A program made the position numbers and the translations under genes. Source: Antedon mediterranea (taxonomy: Eukaryota > Animalia > Echinodermata). From it: a stretch of 64,000 bases of DNA. The number at the start of each line of letters is the position of its first letter. Position 1 is the stretch's first letter. The stretch is from the NCBI RefSeq assembly GCF_964355755.1, contig NC_092675.1:20494912-20558911 (forward strand). The letters run 5' to 3'. The notes under the pieces were generated by a model. The model saw only the letters and a list, made by a program, of their open reading frames with translations. It did not search any database and was not told the DNA's origin. Shown one piece after another: positions 1 through 13,388 of this stretch.

Positions 1-291
1 CTGTCTACACTCTCAAAAAAATTTGATGTGCCCAAATATGGTAGTGATATGCCCATATATGGTAGTGATATGCTCAAATATGGTAGTGATATGCTCAAAT
101 ATGTTAGTGATATGCCCAAATATGGTAGTGATATGCTCAAATATGGTAGTGATATGCTCAAATATGGTAGTGATATGCCCAAATATGTTAGTGATATGCC
201 CAAATATGATAGTAATATGACATCATCATGTCCATATATGAGTACATCACATTTTTTTTGTCACATAAAGTTTGATATTGTAGACATAGCT
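1..291. mobile_element. Harbinger-like MITE copy with its internal 21-bp unit expanded to about 9 tandem copies
   Basis: Ends ctgtctacact...tgtagacatagct; unit ccaaatatggtagtgatatgc repeated over about 32-220; same family recurs through the window. Confidence 0.8.
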
Positions 292-574
292 TAACACAGT
301 ATACAATGGTATGGTGTATAATGTTGGTAAATTGATTATTCTGCTAATGTTGTTCATTTTTTTATCAACTGCTCAAAAATAGTGAACATCCTTTTAAAGT
401 GAGCTATGACATTGTTTAAGGAACCAGGCTATTGACTGTTCAAGTCATGCTTGCAGAGCAAATAGTCTTAATTTTTGCTGTCTTTAACTTCCTTCATGGT
501 CAAAGTTGACGATATATGAACAGGGTTCAAATATGTGGTATTTTTATTGATTATTTTTGTCTCCAATACAAAAG

Positions 575-3500
575 GTTTACAGCTAGGGTTACAGAACTAA
601 TTACTGTACTGAAAGACTTGAACACTGGACGCTATGAACGTACCATGGTATCAGCTACGGGAAAAGGTATTACAATGTTTATGCAAAGTTAAGCTGTGTT
701 TTGTATAGCAATGATGATAATGCAGGGGTGCCGAAAACAGCTTGAATGAGGGCTGAGTGTATTAAAACTAGTTCTTGTCTGGCATGTGGCTTGATAAGTC
801 TACTTAATTCCACGATCATGCATTATCTGAGCTTAATTAGCATATATTATTCTAGTGTTACTTAGTATAGCTTAATACAGTACTTTTTTTCTTTTATAAT
901 TTACAAAACAATTTCATAGATGATAAAGTAAGTTAGTAAAAGTAAAGTATAGATAAAACATACAGTACATAATAGCATAAATTTATATAAATTTCTGTTT
1001 TTCTTGTGCCCTCTTCAATAGCCTAATGTTGTATTTTTCTTCCTTTAGATTCTGATAGTGAAGAGGACAGTGAACCTTTAGTACCAGGAAGTGGAGAAGT
1101 TATATTTAAAGATGATGTTATAAGGTAATAGAGAGAATATGGTAGTATGAGCAGGTGTGGCTAAATTGCTACATTGAAATGTTACATTTTAGTGTTAGGT
1201 TGGATAGTAAGTAATGTAATCAGCAATGCAGAAAGCATGGTATATACATTTACTAATTTTTACTTCCAAATGTAAAAAAATCCTGAATCGTCCATTTTTA
1301 TAATATTATACGGACACCTTCAAATCAATAATCTTCTTCCAGAATTCAACATTTGAAATTGTAAATTTAACACAGTGGAACCGTAATTACGTAGCCATTA
1401 TATCGGCAAGGGTTCGGGGCTCACTCGCTCCATGGTTCTGGTGGTAGAACAAGTCTTCTCGGATAAGGACTATAAACCGTAGGTCCAGTGTACACATCAA
1501 GCTCATGTGCACTTTAAAGAACCTAGTACATCTTTCGAGACGAGTAGGGGGTTACCCCGGTGTACTAGTACATCACAGCCACTGATCATCAACTGGGCCC
1601 TCTGGGAGACCAGACCAGTCTTTGACTGAAGAGGTCGCACAGTATAAATATAAATAAATAAATATTTAAAAACAGACATGGGATACATTATTTAATATTT
1701 TAAAAGCAACATATAAGAACATCAAAAATACTATAAACATTACTTATTCAAAGTTGTCTATTTTTGATAATTTTCATTCTTTATAGATTTGATAATGTAC
1801 CTCTTGTGACGCCAAATGGTGATGTACTTGTTAAGGGCATGACCTTTGAGGTCACTCGTGGCATGAATGTACTTGTATGTGGACCAAATGGGTGTGGAAA
1901 GAGCTCACTCTTCAGAATTCTAGGAGAGGTATAACATTTTATTATACAGTACTGTCAATTTATCCTATTAATATCTGTTTGTATACTTTGGGCATATTGA
2001 AAGACTGTAGTAAGAATGGGACTGCAATATACAAAACTAGAATACGGTTTTATGTATATTTAATACTTTTTTTTCTCTCTTAATGGTAATTTTTTTTTTA
2101 AACCAGGAGAAATGATAGATGACTCCAAATGACCACATTTATCCACTCCATTTTTGTGATATTTAATTGGTTGGTTTAATACTTAATTTTGTCTTTATAT
2201 TTTTAGCTATGGCCATTGTTTGGTGGTACAATGACAAAGCCTGAAGCTTGTAAGCTGTTCTACGTTCCACAGGTTTGTATTTTGTAAAGCTATGTCTACA
2301 CTATCAAACTTTATGCGACAAAAAAAAATGATGTGCCCATATATAGACATGAGGATGTCATATCATTACCATATTTTAACACATCGCACTTTTTTGTGTT
2401 TGATAGTGTAGCTTTGCTGTACCATTTTGAGAGTTTGAGAGCCATCAAATTAGAACTAGGATAGTTCCCAAATTTGTGGGTATGTGTATAACAAGTTTGA
2501 AAGTTCGATTCATCATTATATCTGTATATTTCTTTACCTGTTATTTGTAATTGTAGAGACCATACATGACATTAGGAACACTACGTGATCAAATCATATA
2601 TCCAGATACTAAAGAAGATATGATGAGAAAAGGAGTTACTGATCAACAATTAGCAGAGTCAATGGAAAAGGTAAATAGTTCAAACAGGTTGTTATTAATC
2701 CCATGTCCAAGTTTAAGCTCTGTCTACACTATCAAACTTAATGTGACAAAACAATTTGATGTGCCCATATATGGACACTATGATGTCATATCACTACCAT
2801 ATTTGAGCACATCACACTTTTTTGTCAAACTAGTTTGATAGTGTAGACAGCGTTTTAGATAGTATAGCAGTGCTATCCATTTAATAACAAAACACTCAAG
2901 TATAACCTTGCCATTTGATTGATTTATTGCACATCATGTGCATTATTTTGTTCTATTCAATGATAAAGTGAGATTCAATGGTTCTATTTAATAACCATTT
3001 GTTTGTTTACTTTTAAGGTTCAACTTGCAAACATTCTTGATCGTGAAGGAGGATGGGAGGCCATACAAGACTGGATGGATGTGTTGAGTGGAGGAGAGAA
3101 GCAGAGAGTTGCCGTAAGTAATTGTATAGTTTTTTTGTGATAGTACATTTAGAATAGCTGTACATTAGAATAGTTGTTTACATGTGTTTTAAGCTATGTC
3201 TAGTTTGACAAAAAAGTATGATGTGGCCAAATATGGTAGTGATATGACATCATATATGGGCACATCACGTTTTGTTGTTACATAAAGTTTAGCTTGGTGA
3301 TTGTTACGTAGAAAGTTTTTGTTTTATTTAGTAATTTGCCTTTGAATTATTATATTAATTATGATTATCTTTAATATTTACAGATGGCACGTCTTTTCTA
3401 TCACAAGCCCCAATTTGCTATCTTGGACGAGTGTACGAGTGCAGTTAGCGTTGACGTTGAGGGCTACATCTACAAACACGCCAGGGAAGTCGGCATCTCG

Positions 3501-3623
3501 TTGTTTACGGTCTCTCATCGCAAGTCACTGTGGAAGTACCACGAGTTCTACCTGCAGTTTGATGGACGTGGCGCGTATGAGTACAAGCGTATAGAAGACA
3601 ACACGGTAGAGTTTGGCTCTTAA
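575..3623 (+). CDS. ABCD3: Peroxisomal ABC transporter ABCD3/PMP70, 3' part; 5' exons lie upstream of the window. Exons 575-666, 1049-1124, 1787-1928, 2207-2272, 2557-2670, 3018-3113, 3384-3623
   Basis: GT-AG exons join in frame: [26 protein letters not shown], Walker [35 protein letters not shown], signature [13 protein letters not shown], Walker [13 protein letters not shown]-terminus VEFGS typical of ABCD3. Confidence 0.93.
1408..1665 (+). mobile_element. SINE with Deu(Nin)-domain core, 5'-degenerate, in an ABCD3 intron
   Basis: Core tcggataaggactataaaccgtaggtcc...ttaaagaacc...gagtagggggttaccccggtgt resembles the DeuSINE/SINE3 Deu domain (recalled, not aligned); degenerate B box at about 1410; (taaa)n tail. 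Confidence 0.7.
2288..2413. mobile_element. Harbinger-like MITE copy
   Basis: agctatgtctacactatcaaac...gtttgatagtgtagct. Confidence 0.75.
2715..2852. mobile_element. Harbinger-like MITE copy
   Basis: TIRs agctctgtctacactatcaaac / gtttgatagtgtagacag. Confidence 0.8.
3192..3295. mobile_element. Harbinger-like MITE copy, partly deleted
   Basis: agctatgtct...ccaaatatggtagtgatatgacatc...cataaagtttagct. Confidence 0.65.
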
Positions 3624-5698
3624 GCTACACATTGTCAACCTTAGTAGCAATTATATCTTAGTTTAAATACTTGTGTGTGGATATAGATTGTCATCTGAAA
3701 TTAACGAAAAATTCATTCAACATGAATGTATGTGCTTATTTTTAAGTATAACAAACATTGAGCATTTTTATTGATTTGATTAATTGATTCATTAAATGTT
3801 ACCTTATTTTTTAACTGAACAATAATAAATTAAGTATCTCTGGATGGTAGACAGATGTTCCATGAATTTGTAGCTATTGATTCGTAGCACAACAGCTGGC
3901 GTTTTTATAGTATGACATATTGTTTGAAGGTTTGCATGGCGAAATCAAATGTTGATATAAAGTGTGCGGTACACCATGTGTATTAGTTCTGAAAAGAACT
4001 GTTGGGTTTCTTGACATTTCGATCAATATACTTTGATCGTGAGGAGTGAGAATGCAGAAAGAACAGAAAACTTGGTATATATGTGGAATAGGGTGGGACT
4101 GGTTTGAAAGCTAGAAACAATAGCAAGTTCACACAAGCTGTCTAAAACCTAGACTAGATTGTAGTCTATAATTTTAAAAATAAATAAATTATGAAGATTA
4201 CATTGGCTTTCATATTCATATGTGTCAATCATTAATGCTCTTGTAAATTGTTATATTTCAAAATGATCATTTAAAAAAATTAATTAGTTTATTATTTTCA
4301 AAGGACAGTATATCCTAATAGAATTTTGTGCCTACATATATTAATTATGCGTGCCATATTGAAACATTTTAATTATGATTTTTATTCATTTTATACATAT
4401 GCTGTGGATATTGTAAAGCTATGCTTTTAATATATTTTAATTATTTAATACTGACATGTAATTTCTATTAATCATTTGAAGTCTTGGGAATTGTACATTT
4501 TGTTATGTGTGGCCATGGCTATGCGAGACACACAAGGAGAGGATAGGTAGTAAAAGTGAACAGGATGTATTACGGTAGGTCCTTGAATCAACTGCCAAAG
4601 CCCATCCTCCTCCTACACAATATTTGGTGAAGTTTAGGAAGTAGGTGGGCTTATACGTAATGATGAAAATTCATGCAAGTCAACTGTACCCATAATAAGC
4701 ATATACCATTTACAGTGAGATTATACCTCAGACTGGGCTTATATCTGAGGAAAGATTAAAAGTGAATATATCCTGGTGTTAGTAGTTTAACCTTTTTAAT
4801 AAGAAACATTTATGGACTTCAAAATCAAATTTAATCTATTAATATTATTGGTGTATTAAAATGTGTTTGCAATATAGAGTAAAAAGTAATTATAGATTTG
4901 TTGATTTTTGTATTTTCAATGCATTGTAGATTTCAATACCTCAATCCCATAATACTTAAAGGTAAAATTGAGCTTTGTTGATATATAAATATTTTTTATA
5001 TTAGGTGTTAAGATATGCTCTAATTAAAATGTGATTTTGATTTATAGGATAGTACTATAATAGTACAGGTCATCTGTAAAATTTACTGATTACGTTTTTT
5101 AAAAGAAATCTCTAGTCACAAAGGGATAGTGTATACATAAATTTATCAAATTTGATATTATAATGTAGTAAAAATGTATTAGTCATTAATTGAAAAGCTT
5201 GTCGTCCACTTCTGGTTTGTTTGCGCAACATTCCATATTTTGTTAAAAGTATACTTGCACATATTCTCCCTCGTTTCATTCAAATACAGATACTGTATAT
5301 ACAAATGTATATATAATATATCTTGTATGGATGTGGGAATACCAGTGAAAAACCTATTCAACATAATGAAGGTTCTCCAAACACATTGGGACTCGTTTGT
5401 TTTACGAGAAAGTCTCCTTTAAAACGGTGTGTCCTACTGTAATTCACTATTTAACTCTTCTATTTTCTCTACAATTGAGCTCATTATGTTATCAATTTTA
5501 GGTCACTAAAATATAGATTTTGGATGAATTCTTAATAATTAACACATAATATTTTTACACTGCCAAAATACTGAATATTTACTACAATGTCTGGCTTTAT
5601 TTAATTCTATCTTTATTTGAAAAAAACTTATCAATAAAATATTACTACAATCGCAAAGTGCATATTATTTTGTCTTCATGGATTCATTATTATATAAA

Positions 5699-7245
5699 CT
5701 AGATGGCACGCTCGCTTCGCTCGCGTACCATCTAGGTCGTGCCCACAGATGGTTCTCGAATACACAGTATTTCCAGCGAGAAAAAAATGGAGATTTCAAA
5801 TGTACGTACCGCAGGACTATAATACATTGTCGTTTACAGAAACGAATAAATATACACAATGATTTATGTAGTCAACCAAAATTAGCACCCTGGGAATTAC
5901 TTCCGAGAGAGAAACAAATTTTTTTATTCGGACTCATTTAAACAAACCCAATTTGTGTTTTGTATGTAACATTAAGGGTTGAGGGATGGGGAAAGAAGAT
6001 AGGTACAAAGAGGAAACATTTTAAAATATATTCTTATCCACTCAGTAACGAAATATTGTTTTTAATGTTTTATAGGCCTATAAATAATATACCACTAAAT
6101 ACAGTAAAACATTTACGATTTAATACGGTACTTTGTTAAAACTCTCACTGTCATAGTCGATTGAAATAGTAAAGTACATGTAACGATACACCACTACGAC
6201 GTTTATATATTTTTAAATTATTAATTAATACAAACGTTGAGAAGCAACTGTCAGTAATAACGTTTATTTATTTGTATATTATATGTTTATAATCTAACAG
6301 TAGGGCCTACCCACACTCACAGTAATAAAGTTTATTTGTATATATTTTATATTACATCTAACAGTACCAACACTCACAGTAAGAAATTTGCTATTCAAAT
6401 TGCGATCAAAAGTGGTTAATACCTTAACAGTATTGTACAGCATTGCAGTACTATTTATGTTTATTCTCCAAGGGGGCCCATAAATCTAAATCTATACCTC
6501 TATGGTTAAACCAAATAATTTGGAATGTTTATTTGTATATTATATGTTTATAATCTAACAGTAGGGCCTACCCACACTCACAGTAATAAAGTTTATTTGT
6601 ATATATTTTTATATTACATCTAACAGTACCAACACTCACAGTAAGACATTTGCGATTCAAATTGCGATCAAAAGTGGTTAATACCTTAACAGTATTGTAC
6701 AGCATTGCAATACTATTTATGTTTATTCTCCAAGGAGGCCCATAAATCTAAATCTATACCTGTATGGTTAAACCAAATAATTTGGAATGTTCCATTCATC
6801 ACAAATCAATACATTTGTAAAAACGTATATTAAATGTAACAAAATAGTATTTTTTAAAGAAAATCGGCCTGTCTTCAACATTATGATGCTGTACTCGAAC
6901 TGTTCAACCGGTTTTCAGCTATTAAAAACAATTATCGTAGGAGGAGATAGAAAAATGCGAAGCCTCCTCGCATTTTTGTGGCGGGTATTTTTCAAGATGG
7001 ACATCCATTAGACAGTGTATACCACGATCGGAAAACACCCCTATTTGGGGCAAATCTTTGAACCTAAATTCGTTTTAATCGTCAATAACTAATTATCTAA
7101 CTTAATTTAATTAGTAAACAGGGTTACATCAGGTGGTTAAAATCAGTACCGAAAGTACGAACCAACTTTACATACCATCGAGTAAAAATTCTAAAAGTAA
7201 GGCGCGATTTACCGAATTTTGCCCTTACGTAAATTTATATATAGA
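5699..7245 (-). mobile_element. Non-autonomous Helitron, about 1.55 kb
   Basis: Minus strand begins A|TCTATATATA at 7245 and ends gcgagcgaagcgagcgtgccatCTAG|T at 5699: canonical 5' TC, 3' CTRR, subterminal hairpin and A|T insertion site; no TSD. Confidence 0.75.
6267..6791. repeat. Two tandem copies of about 261 bp inside the Helitron
   Basis: tagggcctacccacactcacag at 6301 and 6562; copies near-identical. Confidence 0.9.
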
Positions 7246-8455
7246 TATCTGCATTCATTTTTCAATTTACATACAGTTAACTTCCCAATACTGGATACCC
7301 TTGTTTTGGTCTAATATGTCTGGTTTTCTGGAAATCTGGTATTGTGAATTTTTTAATGTTAATGATCTTTTGGACCCCAAGAAAGGTCTACTTCTGGGAG
7401 AGTTTCTTGTTTTCAGAGAGTCCAGTATAGTTATTGGGAGAGTCAACGGTACTATAAACTTTAATATATCATAAACAAACATATACAGTATTATGGACAT
7501 AATACTCATTTACTGTATAATAATATTAATTTGGGTTATATTAATGTATTCCCATATAATAATTATGTTTATAACCTCAAGAGACTCACAAAAGCTGAGG
7601 CTTGCCATAAAATACATTACTGCAATTGAATTGTCATAACATGTTATATTACACATCCTTCAGTACTGTATTAATAAATATTTAATATCTGTACAATCTC
7701 TTACTGTACTCTAAAAATGAATAAATAAATATTAAAATGTCATCACCCTGTTCAGTATATCTTAAAGAACACAAAAATACAGGGATCAGGTATTTACAAT
7801 TGTCCACTGTACATTTGGTGGATTAATTGCTGAAAATACCTATAAAAGAATTAAATGTAAAAACATTTCTTATTTAAATCATGGCAGCATTCAAATTTAG
7901 TAAATATGATACAGACCCAATTTATACTTTCATTTCAGCTGGCATAGGGCTGGCTACCAGGTGGCAATCAATAAGTTTGAATACTTCACAAAGTTAGGCC
8001 GGCCCTGGGATGGACGCAGGCCTTTGGATAGACACAGAAGTGGACCACATTTCGAGGAAGTTCAGAAGCGGCCTAGGACACAAATGCAAATGGGGACTTA
8101 AGTCTGATTGCCGACTAGAAAACTATCTAATAACTATAAAACTATCTATAAAATATTACTACACTTAATACTACTAATATTTACCCTGTTTTATTTGTTT
8201 AAAAACAAACACACTATAGCAAAATGACCAGCTATATGTGCCTGGTATTTTACAAATACAGTAACAATTAACGATACAGTACATGACAAAAATGGAAGCA
8301 AATGAAATGGGGTTAATTAGGGAAGGGGAAACTTATTAAAGAAAATAAATTAGACAAATAGATTAAAATAATTGTTTAAAAAGCACTCTTATAAAAAATA
8401 TATTGCATCCTTAAGTTGGCTTTTTACATAAAGTTTGGTTTTAAGCTTTGAAATT

Positions 8456-11400
8456 TCATTTTCGTAAACCCCACTCGGTTACCAGTCTCTGTGCATTCAT
8501 CATGACCACCATGCTGGTGCCATTTGATAAAAAGCTCCTGATAGTTCCAGGTCCAAGTCCTCGGTAGAGCGCAAAGAAACCTCCCCGTTCTCGTATCACC
8601 AGCTGCATTCTTTTCAATACAGGTAATTCTCTGAGAAAATGATATTTACAATGTTATAAATATATATTGTTAAACACACAGGACATTCTTTTCATTATGT
8701 TTGTAAAAGTACTCAGTGTAAGCGGCAATTTCTTAGTTTCCTATTGGCCAGTCATTACCTCAGTAGTGATGTGGTTTTTTACTACCACAACATAAGCAGA
8801 TATAAATACAGTAATTAAACAGTTTGAGTTTTTAATATAAATGAATTATGACAAATTTACGTGCAGTGGGATTTTATTGATGAGGGCAGTGGACGCAAAT
8901 CTAAAACATAATTTCCGTGGCCTTATTAAATTAATAATGATGAAATGAATTGAGTATATTGGATACAGTTTTGGTTCAAATACTTCTATACTCACTTTCC
9001 ATAATTTCCTTGTACCTGATTCTTCATATATTCTAAAGGCCAAACAAGCCACCAAGCAAACGTTTACAATATTAAGGAAAAAAACTATATAATGATTTAA
9101 GTAGAAAAACCAGCAACATAGTACACAGTCCAACGACGAGAAAAAGCCGCCCCAATCAAGGTTCGATTCGAACCCGGAATCTTCAAAACCTGATTGAACA
9201 GTGATTTTATAACACCCTTGGTGAGATATAGTGGAGCATCACTAGTAATTGATATGCACACACAACAGAGATGAAATTAATATGCACTCATCTTGTAGTA
9301 CAGTCAGGGGGAAAATGGCAAAAGGTTTCCTACTTTCTAGGATTTTTTATCAGATAATCTATTATTATATATTATTATTATATATTATTATATATTATTA
9401 TTATATATTGTTTTGACAACTCTTATAACATGACAACAGTGCTGATTTTGCTATTTTTTTAAAACTGCGTAGGCCTATATTAATTTACAATTATTGATTT
9501 ATAATATTACATTAATATATAATAATTTATATAAAGTTATAAAAGGATATGTTGCAGCACATCCAGAAGCCAGGAATGGTCCAAGAATAGGACGTTTAAA
9601 AAGATCATTAAAATGCCTTCGTCCAGTGTCAATTAGTATAAAATATGTACACATTAAACCCATAGTGCGACACCACATAACACCAAAGCCCTATAAAGAG
9701 ATTAAATCAAATCTTGCAAAATGTTCACGTCACACAATGCTTCCTGTTGTGACTGTGTATCCAAAACAATACGTCATGGTTGATCAGTTCGGATTCTTTT
9801 CGTACAACAGATTTCCTGTTTTGTAATTGTAAATCAGTGCACATAGCACAATACATATTTTGAGGACTGGTTTTATCAGGTACACTTGTCCACACTCCAA
9901 CATCCACCCCCACACCCCAACTCAAGGGCTAGAGTGTCTACACAACAAATCGTTTAGGTGGGGATATATATTGTATTTTAATATCGTCCACCTTCAAAAC
10001 ACACATTAATTCTTATTGGAAATATGTCATCAGAATACATAAAGTAATTTCAATTTACTGAATAAAAAATAGTGACTTTTGTTTTGATTTACTTACCTTG
10101 TAAAGACCCCTAAACTCCCATGTCTGTTGTGTTTGTCGTCGAACCTGTTGACAAATTGATAAATTATTTCATAAATCTATGAATGCTTGTTGAATAATAA
10201 TTATTTAAATTTAAATCGATTTAGAATATATGTTGCTGTACTAACCTTTGCTAATTCTAATGGTGTCTCTATTATTGCGCGTGCAGTTGAACCACAGGCC
10301 CCAGCGATACAAACTCGGCTAGAAACACCAAAAACTTAAACAGTTAAAATTTGATTTGGTTTGTGTGGTGAACAGACTCAACACTTTGTAGACTAGAGGC
10401 AGTTCAATTACCTATTTTCTTAATTTCTTTAAAAAACTTATTTCTACTTACACTTGGAGGCCTGCAGTAAGAGGAATTTCAGTTTTGGCCCATGGTGTAT
10501 CTAAATATGTGTACCTATCAAAAGCAAGAATTTTAACATTAATATTATTATCTTATCTTGCCAACAAAAAATGTAACCTCTATGATAATAAATAAATAAT
10601 ACTATTTGACCAAGAAAAGAACCAACAAATGTCACTATTTTCAGTAATGCCAAACATTAAAAACATTATGTAAAAAATAATATGATTTGCAATGAGTACA
10701 TGGAATAAAAGTTAATTTAAAACAGTAGGTGTGTTATTCAATTTCTTTTTTTTCTTGGAAATATCCATATTAATAAACTTATAAACCGAAAAAGAAAAAT
10801 CGTTATATAAAACAATAATGAAAGTTTTGCATTCAGTGAATAAAGAAAATATTTCCATTCTATGAAATATTGCTCTGACTCATTACTTAGAGAAATTAAT
10901 CTTTTAACTCTTAAAGCTCAGATACATCCATAAATTTTAAACATAACATCTGGTTAATTGTACATAAATCAAATATTTGTAATAGAAATCAAGACGAAAA
11001 AAACATGTATTTCCCTTAAAATGGTCAAATACAAAATTTGGCAAAATTCTGCTATAAAAACCAGCAAGACTTTTTTTCAGTAGTTAGGTAGTTTAACCTA
11101 ATGTAATAACATGTCTGGTGACATAGAAGGTGAAAAAAGATAGTGGATATATGGTGGATAATTTTTGCTGTAGCATGAAATAAAACACTGGAGTTGAATA
11201 AAAATACTAGAAACGTAAAATTCAAGTTATATTACCCATATTTACACAGACATGATAAAATCTTTTACGACACCATTTATTTTGCATAATTTTTTATAAT
11301 GCCTCTCTATTTACAACAATTGTGTACAAAAGAATAGATATTTTATTGTGTAGTTTAAGTTTAAAGCCCCATTCCCTACGTTTTTTAGATCTAATTTAAG

Positions 11401-13388
11401 ATCACAAACTATATTTAATGTAAAAATAATACTATATGGTCCTATTGCGATAACTTTTTTCGTCTTTAAACGGTTAAAAATGTGAAAAATAAGTCGATTT
11501 TAATCATTATAGCGGCCCGCTATAAATCCCAAAATGCATTGCGCGCGGATTGATATTTTTGTTTTTCACCTGTAATTCGCCCACTTTTCGATCGATCGTG
11601 AGGCCAAAACAAATGGAAGACTCCTAACTTTTCAGCGAAAATATCGGGTTTTCCCCAATTTGTATCAACGGAGTCTGGCAAAAATAGAAAGACAATTAAT
11701 GCAGCAACTATACAACGTCAGGCTAGGTATATAGCTAGCGTACGATGTTCGTACGTTACCGATGTTTACCAGCTAGGCCTAAAAAACTAAGCCTAGCCAG
11801 GCTAGGCCTAAGACCGTCCACGAGAGGTCGATCGCCGCGAGCTACTTAGGTAGTGCATTGTTTCTCACTTTTTATCATAATTTACCATAAAACGTACATT
11901 TAAGACAAGGAATGACATGGTTTAATGTTTTTAAAGTGATATATATGTATTATTTTCCAAAAAACGTCCAAAATTGCAGGGAAGGGGTCTTTAAATGATT
12001 TAATTTACTACTTGGATTTAAACAAATCTTACACTGCTTCAAAGACAGCAAACTGCGTCGATCTGTAGATTCCTGAGCCCCAAAGTGGTGGTATTGCACC
12101 CCTGAAAAAAAAAAGAATGTTTAAATTTATTTTTAAAAAAATATTTTGTTTTCAATAAAAAAACAACAAATTGTATGGGTGAGTAGATGAACAAATCTAA
12201 AACCTCAAGAGTTATTAAATTATTGCTTTGTAGAAATGCGCTGCTTCATGGTGATCATTTTATGAAATTCTTCAACATGACCAAGAAAAAGGTCAACTTA
12301 CTTTTTTTTATGCACAATGCATTGCAAGCATGTAGCTAGGATTTTTAAAGGGGGTTTTCATTTTTTTCACAAGATGGGAAAAAATCATCATGAGGTAGTT
12401 TGTTTGGCAAATTTATCATACTTCCACTTCAGGAAAAGGGGGTTTCGTCGTTTGTTCGAACCCACAAACCATCTGGCTACATGCTTGCACTGAAGCTTTT
12501 AGGTAATGGCACTCTGAAAACAGTTATTAATTTGGACATTCACAGTTACACTAATACTACCTATATAAACCAATGAATCCCTGATTACGGATGGTTTTAG
12601 TGAATGTCTTGTACATGCCTCCACTTTCAAATCCAGTCTGAGCTTGCATCTTGGTCTTGACCGTGTCAAAGGGATGACCAACACACACGCTTGTAAGACC
12701 ATATAGCACTCCAACTGTAACATAATATATTAACCGATAATTAACTAATAAAAGCTGTGAAAACGATGTTTAACTGATTCCGCTTGTGAGAAAAAAAAAA
12801 TTCAAATCAGATAATTATCAAATATTAAATAAATAGATAATTTTAAACTTTGACCTGAAGTACAAATTGTTGTGCTGTGTGGTGGGCACTTTAGTTGTTC
12901 GGTGATGACTGATCTGATCTGATTGGTTAAAAAATCAACTGATAATTTTTGTATGCCTGCGGAAACACGGCCATAGTCACAATTTTTCCTTTTTTCATGT
13001 CTTTAATTCTTTATTTAAATTACCACACAGATAGAGAAGTCTGTGGAAAGTAACGTTATTGCAAAATTATTGGTGTCAATTCATTACCACCACCAATAAA
13101 CCTGTAAATAACAAGATTTGTTTAGTAGACATAGATAATGAACTTACCGGTATATATAAAGTCTGGGACCACTTAGCCTAGGCCACACAGTACACCACAC
13201 TCACATGCCCGCTGTAGGCGCGAGTAAAGTACCACCGGTATGCGGCCAGCTGGGGCCTAGCCTAGACTGTACTAAGCTAGATGATGATGGGAACAATTCA
13301 AAATGTAACATATTAAATAAGAAGTGTTACCTCCTAAGCCTATGGCTCCTTCCTTTAACCAATGTGTTCTTTCTTCATTATGTGTCAT
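8456..13388 (-). CDS. Mitochondrial carrier (SLC25 family), 281 aa. Exons 13388-13331, 12714-12561, 12101-12033, 10514-10452, 10318-10246, 10144-10097, 9690-9551, 9061-8996, 8630-8456
   Basis: Exons sum to 846 nt in frame: MTHNEERTHWLKEGAIGLGVGVLYGLTSVCVGHPFDTVKTKMQ...IETPLELAKVRRQ...VWPLEYMKNQVQ...GFFALYRGLGPGTIRSFLSNG; three Px[DE]xx[KR] carrier signatures; largely missed by the ORF track. Confidence 0.92.
9062..9550 (-). other. U12-type (minor spliceosome) AT-AC intron, 489 nt
   Basis: 5' site ATATCCTTTT; branch TTCCTTAAT (plus 9071-9079) ending 9 nt before the exon; AC acceptor; splicing restores GCAATFAWWLVWP. Confidence 0.92.
11365..11990. mobile_element. Non-autonomous Kolobok-type DNA transposon in an SLC25 intron
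   Basis: TTAA on both sides (11361-11364, 11991-11994); imperfect TIRs agccccattccct / agggaaggggtct; 5'-AG terminus fits Kolobok rather than piggyBac (CCY). Confidence 0.75.
12323..12489. mobile_element. Short MITE
   Basis: 14-bp perfect inverted ends tgcaagcatgtagc / gctacatgcttgca; TSD not clear. Confidence 0.6.

Noticed and set aside
23-294. Heptad-repeat ORFs (KYGSDML, CSNMVVI)
   Set aside because: Translation of the MITE-internal 21-bp repeat inside an ABCD3 intron
7935-8120. GC-richer patch downstream of the SLC25 stop
   Set aside because: No convincing ORF, RNA fold or termini identified by eye
13148-13210. Alternative first exon of the SLC25 gene ending at a GTAAGT donor (about 13147)
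   Set aside because: No in-frame coding support; exon 13388-13331 gives an ATG, the correct phase and family-like sequence
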